64,000 bases of DNA from the sequence record PZ445489.1, one strand, 5' to 3'. Each line of letters opens with the position of its first letter. The first letter of the stretch is position 1. A model generated the notes under the pieces. The model did not search any database and was not told the origin of the DNA. It saw nothing but the letters and a program-made list of their open reading frames with translations. The translations under genes were made by a program, and so were the position numbers. Shown piece after piece: positions 10,118 to 20,116 of this stretch. Source of the DNA: a phage.

Positions 10118-12959
10118 CTAGCTCTGACATTGCTTCATCATGCATATGTTTTTCCTCGTCAGTCATGAACTTATAAGGAATTGGCATACACTCGATTTTA
10201 CAATAGGTTCTGTACCAGTCTACAATATTTTCAGTGTTCATATCCTTACCAATACCCATCATACCAAGATACATTCTTGCATATTTTGGGTTAGCACTCT
10301 GACCTGTTTTAAGGAAGAAATCTTTCTTCTTACCTTTCAGAGCTTCTATGAATGGTTTGATAGTGACATTTGAACACTTCTTAATATCTTCCCAGAACAT
10401 CTCGTGCATTTTATGGAAGAATGCCGCTCGATCATTCGGTTTATCCTTGATATACTGTTCAACATGCTCAACTGTTACATCTTTAATAGACTCAAGATGA
10501 TAATAGCGAACAAGAAGTAGTTTAGCTTCATACGCATCCGCATGACGTGGAGCACAATAATCCGGAGTTGAATGTAGAATAGCTTTGATTCGCTCTTCTG
10601 TGTATTCTTTACCAGCACCTTCAATAGTTCCCCAGCTTTCGCTGAAAATATCAATAGTTGCACCCTGATCAAGCAAGTAATAACGTAAAGTACTAGTATA
10701 GTTCCTAGATTCCAGCTCTCTGCGACGTGCGTATAATTGCTGTGCTAACTCCGGCCAACCTTCATCAATATTATATTGCTCAGAACCTGCAGAGAACCCA
10801 CTAGTGGATTTATCAATAAAATAATAGATATTCTGAGCACCACGGTCGCGCCTGATTGCTTGGAAACGCATGTTTGGCGCTTGGTTACTAGTTCTAGTGA
10901 TAACGAATACGTTATCAAAATAGTTGAAGTCAACACCACTCGTTACGGATGGACTACATAATAAGCAATCAATTTGTTGATCAATTAGCTCATTAGTTGT
11001 GTAATCCAGAATACGTCTAATATCTACATCAGATGTAGAGTTTGAGTGGATTTCCTTAACTAACGCACCCGTATTACGACGCAATGCCATGCCCTTCTCA
11101 TTCAGTTCATCTGGACCACAGTCAGATACTAGGATAGATTTCTCACCCATCTCTAGAGAAGTCTGAAGTGCAACCCAAATACTGGACTCATCAGGGAACT
11201 CATAAGCATGAGCTTTTGACAGCATTTTACGGTGATGATTGTAAAATGCAACCGGTTTATCAAACTCAATCAAAGAACCATATGCTTCAATTGTTTCTGC
11301 ACTAATATCCCCATCAGATAATATAATGATTTTTGCAGTTGCAAGAATGTCCCGAAGAACCTGAATACATTCACGACGTTGTTTAACAACCGGGGCGAAT
11401 AATAGGTCATTCATTACAGCGTCACATTCATCGATAAAGATTGCATCAATTTGACCAATAAAACTCTTGAACTTATGCAAAGAGTGAATAGTTGTGGACA
11501 TACGGTCAATAGCACCACGCTTAAAATTAAGCATATCTACAGACTTATCATATTGTCCTGCACTAAATTTCTTAGCATTTGAAGATACCAGTGCTCGAGT
11601 ATTGGTAATTGCTAAGAAATTACCTTTAATAACTCCTGAATCCAGCCAACGCACAACCGCTGTAGTTTTACCTGTACCTAGACTTGCTTTTACAAAAGTC
11701 ATATAACCTTCTGGTGGCACGGTATTTAATTTCAAGAAGTTATCAGTTTCTAGAGAATTAGTTTCTAGCTTTTTAAGTGGAATACCTTTTAAAACATCTG
11801 GTATATCACGTTTAGAATTATTAACAAACGCTTTCAGAGCCTGTTTACGACCGTTGTTAAAATAATCTTGAATATTACGACTATTATCTTTAGTTGCAAT
11901 ATACTCAGATAAAGCTGGGCGGATCTCCTTCTCTAGCCAGCCAAAATCTACACCATCCTCTAGTGCTCGGTGATAGAGTTTAGGAATAATACGTAGATAT
12001 ACACCATCCTCAGCTTCTTCTAATTCGCTGATAGTTTCCTCTACTTTATCAGAGGCAGCTTTTTTACCTTTAATTTGGTCGAGTAAAGAATAGAACTCCT
12101 CCTTAAACTCACCTCTAGTTGTTTCATAGTCAACTAGATTATTAGGTAAATTTACTTTTGAGCCTTTAACAAATACCAGACGTGAAGTACCCTCCGCTTT
12201 AAACGGATCTACTATACCATCAGTAAATAAAGGATCTGCAAAGTAATGGAGCTGTACGGAAGAGTAATAAGCTAAGTCGGCAATATCAAAGCCATACTTT
12301 TGTCTACTACTTTCGTTGATAGATGTAAATAAGAACTTGATTTGACCCTGAGTTACTTTAACATTAGATTCTAGTATTAAGTGCATTCGGATACCTGGTT
12401 TTAGCCCAGCCGAAGATGACGCATGAGCGATAAACCCTGCATCAAGAGGAAACATATCCTCACTAATACTATTTAACATCCTAATAATATGTCGAGCCAT
12501 GCCAACAAGATCAAACTTGTTACAACCTCCTGTATCTACAATACCATCCACATCCATTGCGATTATATGACTTGGATTAGATACATTAAAGTTGCCCTTC
12601 TTACGTCGCACATTATTTTTAGGTGCAAGACATCGACCTCGTACCGCAACGATATGAGGGTCAGACGTTAAACGTCTCATAAGAGGAAGCATTTCTACTA
12701 GGGTTTGAGGATCAACTTCATCAATTACATCAAACTTGAAGGGCATTGAAGCTGGTTTACCTTCAGGATGCTTTGAGGAAAATCTTTTAGCAAAAAGATA
12801 ATCTTCTGCTTTAACTTCTCGCCAATTGCCTGTGGCTAAATCGCGATGAAATCCTGCATGACCTTGTAGGATTGAAAACACAACAATACTCCTGTATTGG
12901 AAATGAAATAAGTTTTCTTTAGGACTATTCAGAAAGAATAGAACAACTGTTACTGTCAA
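10092..12959 (-). CDS. putative replication origin-binding / helicase-like P-loop NTPase (955 aa)
   Basis: Walker A LGTGKTTAV and Walker B-like IFIDECD in central region; large size; position in replication module. Confidence 0.55.
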   Translation of the reverse strand: MTVTVVLFFLNSPKENLFHFQYRSIVVFSILQGHAGFHRDLATGNWREVKAEDYLFAKRFSSKHPEGKPASMPFKFDVIDEVDPQTLVEMLPLMRRLTSDPHIVAVRGRCLAPKNNVRRKKGNFNVSNPSHIIAMDVDGIVDTGGCNKFDLVGMARHIIRMLNSISEDMFPLDAGFIAHASSSAGLKPGIRMHLILESNVKVTQGQIKFLFTSINESSRQKYGFDIADLAYYSSVQLHYFADPLFTDGIVDPFKAEGTSRLVFVKGSKVNLPNNLVDYETTRGEFKEEFYSLLDQIKGKKAASDKVEETISELEEAEDGVYLRIIPKLYHRALEDGVDFGWLEKEIRPALSEYIATKDNSRNIQDYFNNGRKQALKAFVNNSKRDIPDVLKGIPLKKLETNSLETDNFLKLNTVPPEGYMTFVKASLGTGKTTAVVRWLDSGVIKGNFLAITNTRALVSSNAKKFSAGQYDKSVDMLNFKRGAIDRMSTTIHSLHKFKSFIGQIDAIFIDECDAVMNDLLFAPVVKQRRECIQVLRDILATAKIIILSDGDISAETIEAYGSLIEFDKPVAFYNHHRKMLSKAHAYEFPDESSIWVALQTSLEMGEKSILVSDCGPDELNEKGMALRRNTGALVKEIHSNSTSDVDIRRILDYTTNELIDQQIDCLLCSPSVTSGVDFNYFDNVFVITRTSNQAPNMRFQAIRRDRGAQNIYYFIDKSTSGFSAGSEQYNIDEGWPELAQQLYARRRELESRNYTSTLRYYLLDQGATIDIFSESWGTIEGAGKEYTEERIKAILHSTPDYCAPRHADAYEAKLLLVRYYHLESIKDVTVEHVEQYIKDKPNDRAAFFHKMHEMFWEDIKKCSNVTIKPFIEALKGKKKDFFLKTGQSANPKYARMYLGMMGIGKDMNTENIVDWYRTYCKIECMPIPYKFMTDEEKHMHDEAMSELGARNDSEE

Positions 12960-13380
12960 TTTCTCAACAAATTAATCGCAAATACTGAAGGGGGGTGGCA
13001 ACTTCCCCTTTCACGCTACACTGCCGCTTCACTATACCGCACAAATCCTTGAGGATGGCCGCTAAGCCAGATTTGCTCACCTAATGCTTCATGTACTAGC
13101 TCATACTAGATGTAGTATACCTTACGTCATCACTTCTCAGAGTTTTTCACTCTTCCCGTCTCACTTCACAACCACCTCACACTAGGTTGCTTCGAGGCCT
13201 TACCAGGGTTCCTACGGGATGTAGATCGCTAAGTATTCTATTAACTATTTGTTTAAAAACTAACACGTAACAGTTAAAACAACCCTTAATGGGGCAGCCT
13301 AACTGTTCCGTATCGCGGATTGTAAACAAGAAAAATTAGCAAAATCAATTTTTACTAATGTCTCTCAATTCAATATAAAT

Positions 13381-13409
13381 ATTATATCAAGATTTTGGGC
13401 ATCATGCAA
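13381..13409 (-). promoter_or_regulatory. early-type sigma70 promoter (minus strand) upstream of long 5' leader of the 955-aa gene
   Basis: minus strand TTGCAT-17-TATAAT + ATTTATATTGAATTGAGAG leader. Confidence 0.55.
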
Positions 13410-13485
13410 GTAAAATTTTCCGGATGGTGCTATCATTGGTCTTGAGTACGGATAAAACCGAGCCAAAATGACTCGGTTATGTGGA

Positions 13486-13683
13486 TTAGACACTTAAAAT
13501 ACTTCTAATCTCTTCTATATACTTATCTACTTTTTTAGCATCTACTTTATTTAGTTTTCCTATATCAAAACTAGGATCAGTAAACATTCTAGCTATCTCT
13601 ATCTCTAGAGACTTACTAATTTTCCCTGTAGTATTCCACTTAGAAATCTTACCTTTTATTTTCCAAAATTCCTTATTCATCAT
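13486..13683 (-). CDS. hypothetical protein (65 aa)
   Basis: ORF only. Confidence 0.4.
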   Translation of the reverse strand: MMNKEFWKIKGKISKWNTTGKISKSLEIEIARMFTDPSFDIGKLNKVDAKKVDKYIEEIRSILSV

Positions 13684-14065
13684 TTAATCCCGGAACATAT
13701 ATCCCAACACGGTTTAATTGTTCTTTAGCTTCTTTGAGAATATCTGGAGTGTACTCCCAAATATCATCTTCCACCTGTAAAAGATGGGGCGAACAACCAT
13801 CATCAGGCACACGACATATGGCAAAACCACGTGGATGGAACAAAGAGAAATTTAGTGCAACAATTAAACCCATAGCAGACAATTCATTCCAATCCAATTC
13901 CCATTCCCCAGCGTAGCCTGATAGGCAAACACCAATACAGGGATCGTCTATTTGCTGCTCCGGAAAAGTGAAGGAGACTTGTCTTACTCCCAACCAACGT
14001 TGTAGCAGCTTCTCCGCACGTTTCACCAAACTAGGGTCAATCTGACGCCAATATACTTGTTCCAT
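13673..14065 (-). CDS. hypothetical protein, paralog of adjacent 14075..14503 product
   Basis: Shared motifs with neighbour: PCIG, W.EL.EMGL..ALN..LF.P, G(Y/I).PGL. Confidence 0.55.
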   Translation of the reverse strand: MEQVYWRQIDPSLVKRAEKLLQRWLGVRQVSFTFPEQQIDDPCIGVCLSGYAGEWELDWNELSAMGLIVALNFSLFHPRGFAICRVPDDGCSPHLLQVEDDIWEYTPDILKEAKEQLNRVGIYVPGLNDE

Positions 14066-14074
14066 TCTGCCTCC

Positions 14075-14503
14075 TTAAGCAGTTAAACCTGGGATCATAT
14101 ACCCGAAACGTCGAAGTTTCTGAATCCCCTCATTTACTTCTTCCGGTGAGTAAGACCAACCATAACGTTCATTAACCTGAAAACCAGGAGATTCACTAGT
14201 TTTATAGTTAACAACGAGGCGATGCTTAGCAGGCATAAACAGCTTATAGTTTAACGCAAAAACTAAGCCCATTTCATCTAACTCTTTCCAGCCAACAATT
14301 TCTTCAAGACCATCTTCTACCTGCACAATTAAACCAATACAGGGGGCCTCATCAATATCATCTTTAAAAGCAAAGGAGATTTCATTATTCTCACACCATA
14401 TTTTCAGAGCATTAATAGCCTCATTGTACAGGTTGGCTGGAAGAGTATGCCAAAAATTAACCAATATTGGGTTAGCTTCTTTAGAGAATACATTATTGAA
14501 CAT
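14075..14503 (-). CDS. hypothetical protein, paralog of adjacent 13673..14065 product
   Basis: Tandem duplicate, see above. Confidence 0.55.
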   Translation of the reverse strand: MFNNVFSKEANPILVNFWHTLPANLYNEAINALKIWCENNEISFAFKDDIDEAPCIGLIVQVEDGLEEIVGWKELDEMGLVFALNYKLFMPAKHRLVVNYKTSESPGFQVNERYGWSYSPEEVNEGIQKLRRFGYMIPGLTA

Positions 14504-14505
14504 AT

Positions 14506-15012
14506 TTACACCTTAAATTGTTGTAAGGATTTACACATTTCAAGATCTGGGCTAAATTCTAGCATATAGCTAACAGCTTTTAAATCTTGAAGATTTATTC
14601 CAGTTCTACCATTGACTATAACTGTTGGATACTGATACATCATAGCACCAGCGTCATCCAGTACACACCAATGTTTGAGCTTATGCTTTTCAACGAAGCG
14701 AAGAACAGAATTACCCCTAGATAGCCCACCACCAGTAAAATCCGTTGTACCAAGAAAACGATCGATAAGACCTAATCCGGTCATAATCTGAACGTTCTCC
14801 ATCTCATTCCTGACAGAGAACCATGAGGATACTCCAACAATCATTATCGGAGAAGGACGAATAAAGTCCTGAAAAGCCTTGAGAAGCGGTTTGAAAACCC
14901 AGTCACTTCCAAAGAAAATCTTTTCATCATCAGGTGCATGATGGTGGGAGATGCTCGAATTGAGCACCCCATCAATGTCTAGAAAAATAATTGGAGTATT
15001 ACTTATTTCCAT
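14506..15012 (-). CDS. HAD-superfamily phosphatase-like protein
   Basis: N-terminal FLDIDGVL (HAD motif I DxDG), C-terminal VLDDAG. Confidence 0.55.
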   Translation of the reverse strand: MEISNTPIIFLDIDGVLNSSISHHHAPDDEKIFFGSDWVFKPLLKAFQDFIRPSPIMIVGVSSWFSVRNEMENVQIMTGLGLIDRFLGTTDFTGGGLSRGNSVLRFVEKHKLKHWCVLDDAGAMMYQYPTVIVNGRTGINLQDLKAVSYMLEFSPDLEMCKSLQQFKV

Positions 15013-15181
15013 TTTTGTTCCTTTCTAAGAACGTATCATACTCAACCGTATTCACATATATAACACCATAGTCATCGGATTTATAGTCCATTTCCCACAA
15101 CTCACAGCGATAGTACCAACTACCGTCCGCCCATACAAATATATCATCAGGGTGTGTATACACAGATTTAATTATGGACAT
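14999..15181 (-). CDS. hypothetical protein (60 aa)
   Basis: ORF only. Confidence 0.4.
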   Translation of the reverse strand: MSIIKSVYTHPDDIFVWADGSWYYRCELWEMDYKSDDYGVIYVNTVEYDTFLERNKNGNK

Positions 15182-15996
15182 ATTTGTTTCCCTGGCATAT
15201 AAGGTCTACCCTCTAGATGAGCTTCTACACGAGCAATAAAATCAGGGTCACTAAAAGCATCTACCGCACCTTTACTCCAGTAAGGAATACCACGATCTTC
15301 CAACTGGTACATCTCACTACGAGTCATACCTTGATAGCCCGGTTCTGCCGCTAGGGCACTATCGTAGTAGTTAACTACCATTAATTTGGCAGCAGTCAAA
15401 TTAAGAACAGGAAATAATTCCCAGTAGAAGTTAATTACTTGGTTAGAACAACCAACCACAATGATCATATCTTGACTGGTAATATCATCAAAAACATTGT
15501 ACATTTCTGTATATGCTGGAGCATGCTCACCAAAGAAGATTACATTAGGTTTAACCCATTTATAATCATCTGGGTCAATAGAGCTATACCCAACATCAAT
15601 AATTCGTTTATTACTACTATTGTAGCTGTCAGCTACAACAACCTCTTTTAAATATCCGTGAATGTGCAGAATGTCACTATGTGGAACGCCAGCACGTTCA
15701 ATAAGGTCATCAACATTGGTAGTCAAGTTTACTACTTGACCTGGATATTGTTTATACCATTCACCAATACGCAAATGTGCAAGATTGGGTTCAACAGTTT
15801 TTAGCTCTTCACGACGCTTGTTGTAAAACATATGGGTTTTATGATAAAAATTACCACGAAAGGCATGAATATTACATACTTCTTCTAGATTATAATCATC
15901 CCACAATGCTTTACCACTAGCAGTATCAGTACGAAAAGCTCGTACACCACTTTCAACACTCAAACCCGCACCGCTAATAATAATTAATCTACGCAT
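15172..15996 (-). CDS. Sir2/CobB-family NAD-dependent deacylase-like protein
   Basis: ISGAGLSVESGVRAFR (GAGIS..SGIPxFR), NxAHxxI, NVDDLIERAG...HIHGYL (catalytic His), PNVIFFGE, IIVVGCS motifs line up with CobB as recalled. Confidence 0.7.
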   Translation of the reverse strand: MRRLIIISGAGLSVESGVRAFRTDTASGKALWDDYNLEEVCNIHAFRGNFYHKTHMFYNKRREELKTVEPNLAHLRIGEWYKQYPGQVVNLTTNVDDLIERAGVPHSDILHIHGYLKEVVVADSYNSSNKRIIDVGYSSIDPDDYKWVKPNVIFFGEHAPAYTEMYNVFDDITSQDMIIVVGCSNQVINFYWELFPVLNLTAAKLMVVNYYDSALAAEPGYQGMTRSEMYQLEDRGIPYWSKGAVDAFSDPDFIARVEAHLEGRPYMPGKQICP

Positions 15997-16210
15997 TTTT
16001 CACCTGTTCTCTGAAGTTTTGCCCAATACTGTCTAATAGCTCAGCTAATTCTTTATTGCCTTTCTCCATTAAGGTGTTAGCAATAACTTCTAGCATAGTA
16101 GCGCAGGATTCAACCCCATCCTTATAGCCAGTTTCCCAGTGCTGCATTAATGCGTTTTCCAAAGCGGCGTTTAAACCCTTATCTGGTAGCATCGGCTTCG
16201 AGAATGCCAT
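15989..16210 (-). CDS. hypothetical protein (73 aa)
   Basis: ORF only. Confidence 0.45.
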   Translation of the reverse strand: MAFSKPMLPDKGLNAALENALMQHWETGYKDGVESCATMLEVIANTLMEKGNKELAELLDSIGQNFREQVKNA

Positions 16211-16382
16211 AAAGTTTCTCCTCTAGTTCCATAACACGATTTTCATAAGAGGCACGCAACTTTTCAATTGCCAGTGCACGCACTGTAACCTCATTAGAAT
16301 TAATAGCTAACTGGGCCAGATCTTCTGTTTCCATACGTCCGTTGTAAATTAAGCGATATTTAAGATGTTTTACGTTTTTCAT
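16179..16382 (-). CDS. hypothetical protein (67 aa)
   Basis: ORF only. Confidence 0.45.
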   Translation of the reverse strand: MKNVKHLKYRLIYNGRMETEDLAQLAINSNEVTVRALAIEKLRASYENRVMELEEKLYGILEADATR

Positions 16383-16391
16383 TCTTGTTCC

Positions 16392-16673
16392 TTAGTTCTG
16401 TACTGTAAATTCATTCTTATCACAGTGAGCATAATAATACCCATACATACGATAAATTTTCACAGCCTTAGTAGACCCCTTCGATTCTTCATAATCAATC
16501 CAGAGCCACTTGTCTTTACCTACATAATGTACCCGAAACTTCTTAGCTTTCTTATCATTCCATGTTGCAACAACACGACGATAATCAAATCCGCCCAACC
16601 AATCTAGAGCCTTACGTTCTTCACTAGGCTCTCCAAGATGGGAGACATCTACTTTAGGAAGCAATTCGCTCAT
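16392..16673 (-). CDS. hypothetical protein (93 aa)
   Basis: ORF with conserved promoter upstream (minus, ~16690-16735). Confidence 0.5.
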   Translation of the reverse strand: MSELLPKVDVSHLGEPSEERKALDWLGGFDYRRVVATWNDKKAKKFRVHYVGKDKWLWIDYEESKGSTKAVKIYRMYGYYYAHCDKNEFTVQN

Positions 16674-16737
16674 AGCTTTCTCCTCTCAAATTTATAAATC
16701 TATTATATATAAATTTTTGGCTGAAAGCAAATAAAAT

Positions 16738-16770
16738 AAAAGCCAGGTCGACTAGCAACCCGGCTGATTA
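16738..16770 (-). terminator. hairpin + T-rich tail downstream of nrdD (minus strand)
   Basis: AGCCAGG...CCCGGCT stem followed on minus strand by TTTTATTTTATTT. Confidence 0.45.
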
Positions 16771-16772
16771 GC

Positions 16773-18647
16773 TTACTTAGCTCGAATATCCTGATGCTTC
16801 ACTCTACCCATCACCTCGTGCTGTTTGCCAGGGTTAAATGGACGAGCACCCGGATTTCCAAGATACCCACAAACTCGACGAGTTACTTCAAGAGTTTCGG
16901 GGTCATGATTACCACAGATAGGACACTTAAACCCATCTTCGGATGCTATTGTTTCACCTAAGAATCCGCATTTACCGCAAGAATCCACTGGAGTATTAAT
17001 ACCGAAGTAATGAACTTTACTAGCAGCATAATTAATAACCCATTCCAGTGCATCTGGGAATCGTTTCATATCCGGTAGTTCTACATAGGAAATGCACCCA
17101 CCAGAAGCAATAGGCGTAAAGTTAGATTCATAATCAAATTTCACGTTAGGAGCAACTTTACGCTCTACATCAAGGTGGTGCGAGTTAGTGTAGTATCCTT
17201 TAGACAGAATATCTTCATGCTCTGGGAAATATTCACGGTCTAAACGGCAAAACCTATCACATAGGGACTCTGACGGTGTAGCATACAGGCTATAACCTAA
17301 CTTAGTCTCTTCCTTCTTCTGATCGACTCTATCTCGCATGTACTGCAATACACGCTGAACAAACTTGATGCAGGTCTCTGACATTGTGTCTACATCTTTG
17401 CCAAACATGAACTGTAGCATTTCATGGCAACCAATATACCCTAGAGATACAGAAGCACGGTTATAGAAATGATCGAATACATATTCATCAGGCTCCAAGC
17501 GTAACCCAAAGGCTCCTGACATATAGAGGATGGGTGCAGCTTTAGCTTGGATGTATTTTAAGCGATCAACTCTCCACTCCAATGCTTTTAACGCTGTATC
17601 CACACGTAGCTCAAGCAAATCAAAGAATAGATCAATATTTCCTTCAGCTTCGATAGCAATTCTAGGCAAGTTTACAGAAACAACACCTAAGTTATTACGG
17701 CCAGCAGTTTCACCATCTTCTGCAGCAGCTAGGAATGAACGGCAGCCCATAGAAACTTTATAGTCTCCAGTAACTTCTACAACCTTGTCATAGCTGATAT
17801 AATCTGGATACATACGTTCAGCAGTACATTTCATAGCTAACTTCTTGATGTCATAATTAACATCTCCTGGTTTCATATTTACGCCATCGCGAAGTACAAA
17901 TACCAGTTTCGGGAAGATAGCTGTACGTTTATTGATACCTAAACCATCCATGCGTACTTTCAGTATTGCTTTCTGTACTAGACGTGCTTCCCAGGAAGTT
18001 CCTAGACCAAAACCAAAGGTAATAAATGGACTCTGACCATTAGAGTTGAACATGGTATTGATTTCATATTCTAAACCCTGACAAGCGTCATAGACTTCTT
18101 TTTCAGTCATCTCCGTAGCCATTACTGATGCTTTGGCTTCATCCTTAGTCCAACGTTTTGCAAACGCATGATTTTTGTCATAGGATTTACGAACATAAGG
18201 GGCTAATACTTCATCAAGGCGATCTACAGAAGTACCACCGTACTGATGGGAGCTAACCTGAGTGATAATCTGAGCAGTAATAGCCGCCGCAGTAGTGATA
18301 GAGTTTGGAGTGCTAATTTCAGCATTACCAACCTTCATACCATTCTTCAACATATCTTCCAAAGCTACCAGACAACAGTTAGTCATGCCTAATGCAGCAT
18401 AATCAGCATCGTGGAAATGAATATCCCCAATCATATGAGCATTTCGAATCTGAATAGGCATTTCTTCTAGAATTAGATACTTACTCAATTCACCTGCAAG
18501 CATATCCCTTTGTGTAGGGAAACGTTCTGAGGGTTTATTGGCATTATTAAACAGCAGCTCTTCATCTGCTGACCCTTCGATAATCTCTTTGCAGTTTCTA
18601 ATTAACGCCTGCATTTCTTTATACTTTAGTTCTTCATTACGATTCAT
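16773..18647 (-). CDS. nrdD: anaerobic ribonucleoside-triphosphate reductase (class III RNR)
   Basis: C-terminal glycyl radical motif TRRVCGYLG and zinc ribbon CGKCGF...CPICG. Confidence 0.85.
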   Translation of the reverse strand: MNRNEELKYKEMQALIRNCKEIIEGSADEELLFNNANKPSERFPTQRDMLAGELSKYLILEEMPIQIRNAHMIGDIHFHDADYAALGMTNCCLVALEDMLKNGMKVGNAEISTPNSITTAAAITAQIITQVSSHQYGGTSVDRLDEVLAPYVRKSYDKNHAFAKRWTKDEAKASVMATEMTEKEVYDACQGLEYEINTMFNSNGQSPFITFGFGLGTSWEARLVQKAILKVRMDGLGINKRTAIFPKLVFVLRDGVNMKPGDVNYDIKKLAMKCTAERMYPDYISYDKVVEVTGDYKVSMGCRSFLAAAEDGETAGRNNLGVVSVNLPRIAIEAEGNIDLFFDLLELRVDTALKALEWRVDRLKYIQAKAAPILYMSGAFGLRLEPDEYVFDHFYNRASVSLGYIGCHEMLQFMFGKDVDTMSETCIKFVQRVLQYMRDRVDQKKEETKLGYSLYATPSESLCDRFCRLDREYFPEHEDILSKGYYTNSHHLDVERKVAPNVKFDYESNFTPIASGGCISYVELPDMKRFPDALEWVINYAASKVHYFGINTPVDSCGKCGFLGETIASEDGFKCPICGNHDPETLEVTRRVCGYLGNPGARPFNPGKQHEVMGRVKHQDIRAK

Positions 18648-18756
18648 TATACTCTCCTTCTCTAACTAAGACTACTATTATAACTCATTCGAGGGCGGAT
18701 GTCAACAATATTTTACTATAAAGTTCTGTAACATGATCTGAGTCAAAAAATTTTAT

Positions 18757-18785
18757 TTGCCAATCTCTATTAAAAATTGTATAAT
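18757..18785 (+). promoter_or_regulatory. sigma70-type promoter (first of two tandem promoters upstream of phoH)
   Basis: TTGCCA-17-TATAAT. Confidence 0.55.
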
Positions 18786-18897
18786 CACGCACTCGTGCAC
18801 GCGATATAAAATGATTATCTAGTATCACACATCTCACGTTAAAAGCAAGCAAATTTTTTATTTAAATGCAATATCATAGGCTTATTTAAAATTGTAG

Positions 18898-18926
18898 TTG
18901 CTTTTTACTGTATATATTGGTATAAT
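18898..18926 (+). promoter_or_regulatory. sigma70-type promoter (second of tandem pair)
   Basis: TTGCTT-17-TATAAT. Confidence 0.55.
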
Positions 18927-18999
18927 ATATTTGTAAGTTGATAAACAAGATCTTTTTGTTGATCCTCTGTTAGCGAAGTACACTATAGGAGTGTTATTT

Positions 19000-19752
19000 A
19001 TGGGAAAAGCACGTCAAAAAAGAGAGAACCGCAATGGTTCAAGAAAGCGTGGCAACAAATATGAGAATAACGTAATTCAGGCTGATTTTTCTAATGATTA
19101 CGCTAACCCAGTTGCTAAATCCCTAGTAGGTAAAAACCGCGAGCAAAAATCATATATCAATATGATCAAGAACAACACAGTGACTGTGGGTATCGGTGAG
19201 CCAGGTACTGGTAAAACCTTTATTCCGTCCGTTCTTGCAGCTCAGGAACTAGTAGACATTCACTCAGATATTGAGCAAGTGATTCTCGTACGTCCTAATG
19301 AACCTCTAGGTAAGTCTCTTGGTATGCTTCCTGGTGATCTAGCGGAAAAGCTAGAGCCTTGGTTGGAGCCAATAGCTGATGGTATGAAATGGGCCATCGG
19401 CGATCATGCATATAAAGGATATGTCGAACGTCAGAAAATTAAATTTTTGGCTATCGAACATGCTCGTGGCAGAACTTTCAACAACTCCTATGTAATTGTC
19501 GACGAAGCTCAGAATATTTCCGTTGAGGCAATGATTTGTCTCCTAACTCGTGTAGGGCAAGACTGCCGTTTAATTATCTGCGGAGATATAGCTCAGAAAG
19601 ACATTAAAGGTGACTCAGGTCTAGCACTCCTTCTGGAAGTCTATGAGAAATATGAAAATGCCCCATTCTCAATGATCGAATTGATTGATAACGTTCGTTC
19701 TGTTGAGTCTAAAGCATTCTATGACATTTTTAAAGACATGGGGAAGGTGTAA
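19000..19752 (+). CDS. phoH: PhoH-like ATPase
   Basis: Walker A GIGEPGTGKTF, Walker B VIVDEAQN; ATG 19000 with AGGAG RBS (track start 18991 is GTG). Confidence 0.8.
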   Translation: MGKARQKRENRNGSRKRGNKYENNVIQADFSNDYANPVAKSLVGKNREQKSYINMIKNNTVTVGIGEPGTGKTFIPSVLAAQELVDIHSDIEQVILVRPNEPLGKSLGMLPGDLAEKLEPWLEPIADGMKWAIGDHAYKGYVERQKIKFLAIEHARGRTFNNSYVIVDEAQNISVEAMICLLTRVGQDCRLIICGDIAQKDIKGDSGLALLLEVYEKYENAPFSMIELIDNVRSVESKAFYDIFKDMGKV

Positions 19753-19753
19753 T

Positions 19754-19975
19754 ATGGGAAACGTCGTTCATCTGAGCCGTAAAACTAAAATACATCGTAC
19801 TTCACTGAGTGCTGCTAATATGATTACACGTAAGGAAGGGGAAGAAAGTCCTAAGACAACCCTAGCGTGGAAAATTGTAACCTCAAACCCAAATAAACCA
19901 TTCAATTATAACGAGCTGAGCACCTCCATAGATATTCTATTAAAAGAAGTAGCTAGAGCTAAAGTAATTGAATAA
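19754..19975 (+). CDS. hypothetical protein (73 aa)
   Basis: ATG 19754 after GGGGAAGG RBS; track ORF 19685 overlaps phoH. Confidence 0.45.
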   Translation: MGNVVHLSRKTKIHRTSLSAANMITRKEGEESPKTTLAWKIVTSNPNKPFNYNELSTSIDILLKEVARAKVIE

Positions 19976-20116
19976 GCTAAAAAGCTAGACTGGTAATATA
20001 CAGGCCTGGGTATGAAAATACTCGGGCCTTTTCTATCAGAAAATTTTATTTGCCTAATGACCAATAATAATGTAGAATATTCCTTAAATCCTGATAACTA
20101 TAAAAAGGAAAGCCAA

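Noticed and set aside
16773-18647. Adjacent nrdG (radical-SAM activase) gene
   Set aside because: No neighbouring ORF shows a CxxxCxxC radical-SAM motif; none called
18650-18990. Canonical promoter for nrdD on the minus strand in the divergent region
   Set aside because: Only weak -10 candidates found on minus strand; nrdD promoter left uncalled
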